NCBI RefSeq assembly: GCF_039526365.1
Contig: NZ_BAAAIW010000006.1
Strand: one strand, 5' to 3'
Length of the DNA stretch: 24,000 nucleotides
Origin: Peribacillus frigoritolerans
GTDB taxonomy: Bacteria; Bacillota; Bacilli; Bacillales; DSM-1321
Every line of letters begins with the position of its first letter. Position 1 is the stretch's first letter. The position numbers and the translations under genes are program-made. The notes beneath the pieces were generated by a model that was not told where the DNA came from, ran no database searches, and saw only the letters and a program-made list of their open reading frames with translations. Below, piece by piece: positions 17,180-24,000 of the stretch.

Positions 17180-17483
17180 CATGAAAATTTATTTAGCTAG
17201 TATGGATTTTTGTTAACGGCGAGCTAAAAAGAGGGGGAAAAGGGTGATATGTTTTAAATAAAAGTTTTTCACATTCTCTTTTATAGACTTGATTTTACTT
17301 GGTCCTGTTTGCGGATTGTTGTTAATGCTTATGAAGATAAAAGCTGATGATAAGGAAAAATAAGAGCTAATTTACAAAATCTTAACATTTGGTTTATGTG
17401 GAATTAATGTTTACTGATTATGATAAAACCGTAATAAACAGTAATGAACATTAAAGATTCCACACTAAATGGAGGCACTTTTT

Positions 17484-18596
17484 ATGAATCACACATTCAA
17501 GAAGAATTGTTACAAGTCTATTCAAGCTTTGATGTTAGGGGTGAGTGTACTGGGATTAGCTGCTTGTGGAGCTACTAATGAGGAGGCTGCTCCAGTGGTT
17601 AAGGATCCAAGTTCGTTAACCTTGAAAGAAATTGAAACAAAGGCAAAAGAAGAGGGGACCATTAATAGTGTCGGTATGCCTGATTCATGGGCTAACTGGG
17701 GAGAAACTTGGAATGAAGTGATGAAAAAATATAAATTGGAACACAATGATACAGATTTGTCCAGTGCCGAAGAGATTGCCAAAATGGAATCTGAAGGAGA
17801 GAATGCAACAGCCGATATCGGCGATGTAGGGATTTCCTTTGGGCCAATCGCGGAACAAAAAGAATTAACGATGCCATATAAAACTTCCTATTGGGACGAG
17901 GTACCTGAGTGGGCAAAAGATGACAATGGAGATTGGGTTGTTGGCTACCAAGGAACGATTGCATTCTTTACTAATAAAGAATTAGTAGATAACCCGCCTA
18001 AATCTTGGGATGACATATTAAAAGGGGATTATAAAGTAACAGTTGGAGATGTTCAGCGTGGTACACAGAATCAAATGGCCGTACTTGCTGCCGCTATCGC
18101 TAACGGCGGTGATGAAACAAATCTCCAACCAGGAATTGACTTTTTTGCTAAGCTTGCCAAGCAAGGCCGCCTTAGTTTAACTGATGCCAAGCCGGCTAAC
18201 ATCGAAAAAGGGGAAGTGGAAGTTGCCCTTGTTTGGGATTTCAATGCTCTTGGTTACGCTGACCAAATTGACCGCGATCAATTTGAAGTGACCATTCCAA
18301 GTGAAGGTTCAGTCGTAAGCGGCTACGCAACCATTATTAACAAATTTGCAAAGCATCCGCATGCTGCGATGGCAACTAGAGAATATATCTTAAGCGATGA
18401 AGGACAAATTAATTTAGCTAAAGGATTTGCCCGTCCAATTCGCGATGTAGAACTTCCGAAAGAAGTAGCTGAAAAAATGGTTCCAGAAGAACAGTACAAA
18501 AATGCAAAACCAATTGAAGATTACAAAGCTTGGGAAGAAACGGCTAAAAATTTACCTCAGATTTGGCAAGAAGAGGTGTTAGTCCATGTCAAATAA
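17484..18596 (+). CDS. ABC transporter substrate-binding lipoprotein (PotD/PhnS-like cluster; substrate unknown)
   Basis: I prefer the start at ATG 17484, which has a GGAGG RBS 8 nt upstream, giving 370 aa. It has a signal peptide with the lipobox LGLAAC-G. The mature part has the overall look of a type-II periplasmic binding protein, and it is the first gene of the ABC operon. Confidence 0.85.
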   Translation: MNHTFKKNCYKSIQALMLGVSVLGLAACGATNEEAAPVVKDPSSLTLKEIETKAKEEGTINSVGMPDSWANWGETWNEVMKKYKLEHNDTDLSSAEEIAKMESEGENATADIGDVGISFGPIAEQKELTMPYKTSYWDEVPEWAKDDNGDWVVGYQGTIAFFTNKELVDNPPKSWDDILKGDYKVTVGDVQRGTQNQMAVLAAAIANGGDETNLQPGIDFFAKLAKQGRLSLTDAKPANIEKGEVEVALVWDFNALGYADQIDRDQFEVTIPSEGSVVSGYATIINKFAKHPHAAMATREYILSDEGQINLAKGFARPIRDVELPKEVAEKMVPEEQYKNAKPIEDYKAWEETAKNLPQIWQEEVLVHVK

Positions 18597-19419
18597 AGTA
18601 ATAGCAATTGTTGTTGATGGTATGAGATACGATAAAGCATGCGAAGCGCTGGGATTTATTCAGCATTTAGTCGAAACGAATCAAGCGTCACTTTACAAAG
18701 TTAAGTCGGAGCTTCCAAGTCTTTCCCGTCCATTATATGAAGTGTTGTTAACAGGTACGCCGGCTTCAATGAATGGGATTACGTCCAATCAAGCCGTTCG
18801 TTTATCTACTGAGAAAAGTCTCTTTCATCTTACGAAAGAAAACGGGTTAAGAAACGGAACAGTGTCCTATTACTGGGTAAGCGAACTTTATAATCGTGCG
18901 CCATTCCATTTTATTGAAGACCGTGAGCAAGAAGATGAATCTAATCCAATTCAATACGGAAAATTTTATTGGGACGATGACTATCCAGATAGCCATGTGT
19001 TAATGGATGCAGAAGCTTTACGTAGAAAGTATGACCCTCAATTTTTATATATTCATCCGCTCGGTGTAGATGTAAAAGGAGAAATTTTTGGCTCGGAATC
19101 AAAAGAATATCGTGAGCAAATCCTAAAAATGGGAAGCGTGTTGGCACAACTATTGCCAATTTGGATCAAAGAAGGTTACCACATATTAATTACATCGGAT
19201 CATGGCATGAGTGAATATGGCAACCATGGCGGCATAACTGATGGTGAACGTGATGTACCGCTCTTTATCATTAGTCCAAAAGTTGAGCCTGGTATTTATG
19301 GTGAAGTGGTTCCGCAATTAGCTTTTGCACCGCTCGTTTGTGAACTATTAAATATTGAGCCGTCCGATAAAATGATTTCATATCAATTTCCAGGTCTGAA
19401 AGGAAAAGTCACCCTGTAA
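18586..19419 (+). CDS. Alkaline-phosphatase-superfamily enzyme, nucleotide pyrophosphatase/phosphodiesterase (NPP)-like, cytoplasmic
   Basis: 277 aa with no signal peptide. Motifs are IAIVVDGMRYD (metal Asp), PSLSRPLYEVLLTG (nucleophile loop, PSLTFPNHxxxxTG in NPPs), ITSDHGM and YGNHGG. The start overlaps the SBP stop by 11 nt (ATGTCAAATAA), and a GAGGTG RBS precedes it. Confidence 0.75.
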   Translation: MSNKVIAIVVDGMRYDKACEALGFIQHLVETNQASLYKVKSELPSLSRPLYEVLLTGTPASMNGITSNQAVRLSTEKSLFHLTKENGLRNGTVSYYWVSELYNRAPFHFIEDREQEDESNPIQYGKFYWDDDYPDSHVLMDAEALRRKYDPQFLYIHPLGVDVKGEIFGSESKEYREQILKMGSVLAQLLPIWIKEGYHILITSDHGMSEYGNHGGITDGERDVPLFIISPKVEPGIYGEVVPQLAFAPLVCELLNIEPSDKMISYQFPGLKGKVTL

Positions 19420-19448
19420 AAACATTAAATGATGATTCAAGATTGACT

Positions 19449-19485
19449 GGAATTGGCTTAACGAATGTACTGTTAGACCAATTCC
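19449..19485 (+). other. Intra-operon stem-loop between the NPP-like gene and the first permease
   Basis: GGAATTGG (19449-19456) and CCAATTCC (19478-19485) form a perfect 8-bp stem with a 21-nt loop. No T-tract follows. Confidence 0.4.
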
Positions 19486-19519
19486 AAAATTGTTAGAGAA
19501 CATAGAGGAGCGAGAAGTC

Positions 19520-20374
19520 TTGCGAAAAATAAAAAAACAAAAAATTTACTTATTAGCTCTTTTACTGCCATTTATTATGTTTGTGATTGGATTTGAGATA
19601 GGACCATTAGTGGCAATGATTAAAAATAGTTTTTATGCAGATGATGGAATTCAAGTTACGATTGATCAATACTTAACCATATTCAAAAGTGAATTTTACT
19701 TACAAGCCATTAAAAATAGCCTGGTCATTTCCGTGTTTTCTGCTATAACTTCTGTGATTGTAGCAGTCATTGCAGCCTATTCGTTTACAAAGTTCTCTCA
19801 AAAAATACAAAACCGACTACTGATGGTTACCAATATGACGTCGAACTTTGAAGGGATTCCCCTTTCATTTTCATATATTATCTTACTTGGAAACAATGGG
19901 TTGTTTACGTTGCTATTTGCCAAGATTGGTTGGGACCTGTTTGCAGATTTTAATTTATATTCCTGGACAGGCCTCATTCTTGTTTATATTTATTTTCAAA
20001 TTCCGCTTGCCGTTATGCTCATTTACCCGTCTTATCAAGGAATTAGGCAACAATGGAAAGAAGCATCTTCATTATTAGGAGGGTCAACATTTTCATTTTG
20101 GCTTCGGATAGGGGTTCCAGTTCTTTTACCTAGTATTGTAGGTACATTCAGTATTTTGTTTGCTAATGCGATGGGAGCCTACGCAACAGCCTATGCATTG
20201 GTCGGCAGCAACTATAACATATTGTCATTGCAAATTGCTTCTCTAGTTGCTAGTGATGTTGCATTAAAGCCGCAGCTAGGTAGTGCATTGGGAGTCCTTC
20301 TAGCAACGACCATGATAGGGGCGATGTGGTTCAATGAACGAATGATGCGTAGAGTTAGGAGGGATTTACGATGA
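19520..20374 (+). CDS. ABC transporter permease 1
   Basis: I prefer the start at TTG 19520, which has a GAGGAG RBS at 19505-19510; the track start at 19490 is also TTG but lacks an RBS. It is 284 aa with 6 TMS and an EAA-loop motif, EASSLLGGSTFSFWLRIGVPVLLP. Confidence 0.85.
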   Translation: MRKIKKQKIYLLALLLPFIMFVIGFEIGPLVAMIKNSFYADDGIQVTIDQYLTIFKSEFYLQAIKNSLVISVFSAITSVIVAVIAAYSFTKFSQKIQNRLLMVTNMTSNFEGIPLSFSYIILLGNNGLFTLLFAKIGWDLFADFNLYSWTGLILVYIYFQIPLAVMLIYPSYQGIRQQWKEASSLLGGSTFSFWLRIGVPVLLPSIVGTFSILFANAMGAYATAYALVGSNYNILSLQIASLVASDVALKPQLGSALGVLLATTMIGAMWFNERMMRRVRRDLR

Positions 20375-21174
20375 AGTCTTCATTGACATTTCATAAATTG
20401 TTTGTTGGATTACTAGTTATATATTTATTAATTCCGCTTGTAGGAACACTTTTATTCTCGATTGCTGGTAAATGGGATCATACGATTTTACCTGAGAGTT
20501 ATACGCTGAAATGGTATATTGAATTGTTTCAAGATGAACGGTTTTATGATGCTTTCCGACGAACACTGTTTTTAATTGTCATTTCTGTAGGTCTTAGTGT
20601 TGTTATTATGCTTCCGACAATTTTTATTATCACGGTATATTTCAGTAAATGGGAAGGATTACTCCAAGCCGCAGCCATGCTTCCTTATGGAGTTCCTCCC
20701 ATTGTTGGAGCTGTTGGTTTAATCAAGCTTTATTCTGCTGGACCGATTCAAATTGCCGGAACACCTTGGATTTTAATTGGTGCTTATTTCATAACCATTC
20801 TACCATTTATGTATCAAGGAATTCGTAACAGCCTTCGTACGCTTAATGCTGTACAACTTGTTGATGCAGCTGAATTACTCGGTGCCACAAAATTCCAAGC
20901 CTTTCGTACGGTGGTGTTTCCAAATATTATATCTGGAATTTTAGTGTCTACCTTATTATCTGTCTCTCTTTTATTTAGTGAGTTTGCTTTTGCCAATTTG
21001 CTTGTCGGGGGCCGATTCGAAACCCTTCAAATTTATCTATCCGACAAACTAAATAGCAGTGGTCACTTAACAAGTGCAATTGTTATAACCTATTATTCAA
21101 TGATTTTACTTTTAACGGGGACTGTATTAAAGCTTACGTTTAGAAACAAAAGAAATCCTGTCGGGTCAAAATAA
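20371..21174 (+). CDS. ABC transporter permease 2
   Basis: 267 aa, with a 4-nt ATGA overlap with permease 1. It has 6 TMS and the EAA-loop motif DAAELLGATKFQAFRTVVFPNI. Confidence 0.88.
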   Translation: MKSSLTFHKLFVGLLVIYLLIPLVGTLLFSIAGKWDHTILPESYTLKWYIELFQDERFYDAFRRTLFLIVISVGLSVVIMLPTIFIITVYFSKWEGLLQAAAMLPYGVPPIVGAVGLIKLYSAGPIQIAGTPWILIGAYFITILPFMYQGIRNSLRTLNAVQLVDAAELLGATKFQAFRTVVFPNIISGILVSTLLSVSLLFSEFAFANLLVGGRFETLQIYLSDKLNSSGHLTSAIVITYYSMILLLTGTVLKLTFRNKRNPVGSK

Positions 21175-21242
21175 GAAGCGAATTCCTTCATTTTTTTAAG
21201 AAAAATACCGTCATAAAATACTACTTTAGAAGGTGAAAACTA

Positions 21243-22256
21243 ATGAGCTATGTAACCATCGAACAAGTGACTAAGGGATATGACAATCAATTAGTTTTAA
21301 ATAATATTTCTTTAACATTAAAAAAAGGTGAATTTGCTACACTTCTTGGGCAAAGCGGGTGCGGAAAAAGTACATTATTACGTTCCATTGCGGGACTTGA
21401 AGACGTTGATGTAGGAAGAATCTTAATTGATGGAAAAGATATTACTGATTTATCACCGCGTCAGCGTGAAGTCGGTATGGTGTTTCAGTCTTATGCGCTT
21501 TTCCCGAATATGAATGTTTTTGATAATATCGCTTACGGCCTTAAAATGAAAAAGGTGAAAAATCTTAAGTCAAAAGTGAATAATATGATTGATATGGTTG
21601 ATTTAATAGGAAAAGAAGAGTCTTATCCTCATCAATTATCTGGTGGACAACAGCAGAGGGTTGCTCTTGCCCGTGCGCTTGTCATGGAGCCAAAAGTACT
21701 GCTTCTGGATGAGCCGTTAAGCGCATTGGATGCTAAAATCAGAAAAAGTCTGCAAAAAGAATTAAAGAGAATACAGAAAGAATTAGATATTACAACTATT
21801 TTTGTTACACATGATCAGGAAGAAGCAATGACGATGTCTGATCGAATTTTTGTCATGAATAAAGGACAAGTTGTACAATCCGGTTCTCCATCAGAAATTT
21901 ATACTTCTCCAGTCAATACATTTGTTGCAAAATTTATCGGGAATTATAATGTCTGTAATATGGAAGTTTTCCGTAAACTTGTTCGCACCACAGAATTAAA
22001 AGGGAATGAAGTTGCCATTCGTCCAGAAGTTTTACAATTAGTTTCTGTTGGTGAGGACAGCTTGGACTTACAAGGAAACTGGGAAATTAAAGGATTTGTT
22101 AAAGATGTTTCCATGGCAGGGAATGTTTTAAGATATGAAGTAGAAACAGAGGAGTGCGCTTTTCATGTAGACTATCTTCACCACCGTGGGGAAATGTTTG
22201 AGCAAGGAGCACGCGTTCAAATTCTTGTACCGAAGAAAGAATGCATTATGTTATAA
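21243..22256 (+). CDS. ABC transporter ATP-binding protein (PotA/CysA-like, with a C-terminal regulatory/TOBE-like domain)
   Basis: 337 aa with Walker A GQSGCGKST, signature LSGGQQQRVALARAL, Walker B LLLDEPLSALD and an H-loop VTHDQEEA. A C-terminal extension of ~100 aa follows. Confidence 0.92.
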   Translation: MSYVTIEQVTKGYDNQLVLNNISLTLKKGEFATLLGQSGCGKSTLLRSIAGLEDVDVGRILIDGKDITDLSPRQREVGMVFQSYALFPNMNVFDNIAYGLKMKKVKNLKSKVNNMIDMVDLIGKEESYPHQLSGGQQQRVALARALVMEPKVLLLDEPLSALDAKIRKSLQKELKRIQKELDITTIFVTHDQEEAMTMSDRIFVMNKGQVVQSGSPSEIYTSPVNTFVAKFIGNYNVCNMEVFRKLVRTTELKGNEVAIRPEVLQLVSVGEDSLDLQGNWEIKGFVKDVSMAGNVLRYEVETEECAFHVDYLHHRGEMFEQGARVQILVPKKECIML

Positions 22257-22282
22257 AGTATTGATGATCGAGGGGGAGAAAT

Positions 22283-23065
22283 ATGTCTGTTTTGCCTGAA
22301 GAAAGAAAGAATGAAATTTTAAAAGAACTTAACAAAATGGGAAAAGTAAAAGTTATAGAATTAGTTGATCAATTTAATGTTTCAGAGGAAACGATTCGAC
22401 GCGATTTGATGATATTAGAGGAAAAAGGACTGTTAAAGAGGGTTTACGGTGGAGCGATTAAAACAGTCTTTGAATTTGAGGAGCCTCCATTTACACAGCG
22501 TACAACGGTGAATCAAGAAGCGAAAATCAAGGTTGGGAAAAAAGCGGTGGAACTCGTTTCCAACGGAGATGTGATTGCCATTGATGTAGGTACAACCATG
22601 CTTGAATTTGCCCAGTGTATTGAAAATAAAAAAGACATTACGATTTTAACCAATTCTCTTCCTGTGTCGTCTGTGTTGACCGAATTGCTCAATCAAAATA
22701 AGTTTACAGGACAAATTCTATTACTGGGAGGACAAATTGATCCAAAGCATCAATCCATATGCGGGGGTCTCACTGAACAAATGTTAAATCAATTTAATAT
22801 CGATAAAGCGTTCATTTCAGCTGGTGGTGTTTCCATTCAAAGTGGTGTTAGTAATTATCATTTACGTGAAACATTAGTTTCACGCAAAATGGTCGAGGTA
22901 TCAAAGCAAGTCATATTGCTAACGGATTACTCTAAAATTGGTGTTGACACCTTTTGTAAAGTTTGTCCTCTAGAAAAAGTAGATGTGATTGTCTGCGAGC
23001 AGCCATTTCCAGAGGAATGGAGAAATGATTCAAAATTAGAGGAAGTCAATTGGATTCAAGCATAG
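22283..23065 (+). CDS. DeoR-family transcriptional regulator
   Basis: 260 aa. The N-terminal DeoR HTH (RKNEILKELNKMGKVKVIELVDQFNVSEETIRRDLMILEEKGLLKRVYGGA) is followed by a DeoR C-terminal sugar-phosphate sensor domain. A GGGGGAG RBS precedes it. Confidence 0.9.
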   Translation: MSVLPEERKNEILKELNKMGKVKVIELVDQFNVSEETIRRDLMILEEKGLLKRVYGGAIKTVFEFEEPPFTQRTTVNQEAKIKVGKKAVELVSNGDVIAIDVGTTMLEFAQCIENKKDITILTNSLPVSSVLTELLNQNKFTGQILLLGGQIDPKHQSICGGLTEQMLNQFNIDKAFISAGGVSIQSGVSNYHLRETLVSRKMVEVSKQVILLTDYSKIGVDTFCKVCPLEKVDVIVCEQPFPEEWRNDSKLEEVNWIQA

Positions 23066-23068
23066 TAT

Positions 23069-23102
23069 AAAAGAGATGGAAGAGGGAGTACTCTCTTTTT
23101 TT
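23069..23102 (+). terminator. Probable rho-independent terminator after the DeoR gene
   Basis: AAAAGAGA (23069-23076) pairs with TCTCTTTT (23092-23099), the loop is 15 nt, and the T-run extends to 23102. The stem is A/U-rich, so confidence is moderate. Confidence 0.5.
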
Positions 23103-23165
23103 GATAGCAGCAAAAAAAAGCTAGAAAGAAAATTTAATAGATAGAATGAAAAGGAGCTATATAGC

Positions 23166-24000
23166 ATGAGTTTCATTGCGATAGACTTAGACGGAACATT
23201 ATTAAACGACCAGAATGAAATTAGTGAAGAAAATATAAAGGCGATTCAATATGCCCAAAATAGAGGCTTTGAAGTAGTTATTTCAACAGGACGGGCTTAT
23301 TTTGACGTTCAAACAATATGTGAAAAAGCCGGGATATCCCCATTTGTAATCGGGACAAATGGAGCAACCATTCATTCAAAAAGCGCAAAGTGCATTTCTT
23401 CTATTACGATAACTAAAGATCGTGTTGAATCCATTCTCCAATGGTTAGATGAACGGAATTATTATTACGAAGTGTTCACTGATAAAGCCATCTATACTCT
23501 TAAAAAAGGAAGAGAACATTTCCATAACGAGATTAAAAGTTTGAAAAGCGCAGATTTGAATCCAGATATGAAAGAATTAGTTGAAATAGCGGAAAGGCAA
23601 TTTGACCAGTTTGGATATGTTTTAGTTGAAAACTATCATGATATCTTAAAACAGGAGGAAGAATTCCATAACATTTTAGCATGTTCTTTTGATGAAAATA
23701 AATTAGAGGAAGCCTGGAACCAATTCAAAAAGTTTGATGAGTTGATGGTCGTTTCATCTGCTGATCATAACATTGAGATTACCAGTAAAAGAGCTTCAAA
23801 AGGAATAGCCCTTGAAAAATTGGCTTTCTTGATGAATGGCTCATTAGATAAGGCTATGGCAATCGGGGACAGCAACAATGATTTATCCATGTTCCAGAAA
23901 GTTGGATACAGCGTAGCGATGGGAAATGCAAAAGATGTCATAAAAACTGTTTGTACAACGACAACCCTTAATAATGATGAAAATGGGGTAGCTTATGCGA
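23166..24000 (+). CDS. Cof-type HAD-IIB sugar-phosphate phosphatase (partial; continues off the right edge)
   Basis: Hand translation gives MSFIAIDLDGTLLNDQNEISEENIKAIQYAQNRGFEVVISTGRAYFDVQ…, containing HAD motif I DLDGT, and later KGIALEKLA and IGDSNNDLSMF (motif IV). An AAAGGAG RBS precedes it. Confidence 0.88.
   Translation, partial: MSFIAIDLDGTLLNDQNEISEENIKAIQYAQNRGFEVVISTGRAYFDVQTICEKAGISPFVIGTNGATIHSKSAKCISSITITKDRVESILQWLDERNYYYEVFTDKAIYTLKKGREHFHNEIKSLKSADLNPDMKELVEIAERQFDQFGYVLVENYHDILKQEEEFHNILACSFDENKLEEAWNQFKKFDELMVVSSADHNIEITSKRASKGIALEKLAFLMNGSLDKAMAIGDSNNDLSMFQKVGYSVAMGNAKDVIKTVCTTTTLNNDENGVAYA

Overview
The window looks like a low-GC Bacillaceae chromosomal segment. The taxon is inferred only from gene content, RBS style and cre/xylO-type sites, since no search was possible.

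Left to right:
- The 5' end of xylR (minus strand, partial).
- A divergent xylose operon, xylA-xylB-aldose 1-epimerase-xylT, with a sigma-A promoter, a XylR operator and two CcpA cre boxes.
- A ~900-bp convergent gap holding a terminator, a frameshifted ORF fragment and a 12-unit tandem array phased at ~21 bp.
- A short YitT-family membrane protein and a DHA2-type MFS efflux pump, both on the minus strand.
- An E. coli-type fructosamine (Amadori product) cluster, frlC-frlA-frlB-frlD-frlR, served by two near-identical promoters.
- A minus-strand DinB-family gene followed by a 56-aa Cys-rich ORF that is absent from the ORF track.
- A ~1.4-kb gene-poor stretch with eroded coding remnants, micro-ORFs, two strong terminators and an orphan consensus promoter/terminator pair (candidate sRNA or leader).
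- An ABC importer operon (lipoprotein binding protein, an embedded cytoplasmic NPP-like alkaline-phosphatase-superfamily enzyme, two permeases, an ATPase), then a DeoR regulator and a Cof-type HAD phosphatase that runs off the right edge.

I saw no rRNA, tRNA, CRISPR, transposase, integrase or recognisable defence genes. Nothing here is unambiguously a novel system.

The best candidates for undescribed biology are:
1. The iteron-like 21-bp array at 6603-6859.
2. The SBP/NPP/permease/ATPase + DeoR + HAD organophosphate-type locus of unknown substrate.
3. The orphan promoter-terminator unit at 17033-17179.
4. The twin-promoter, E. coli-type frl operon in a Bacillus-like background.

All functional calls rest on motifs read from the translations and on recollection of family sequences, not on database hits.
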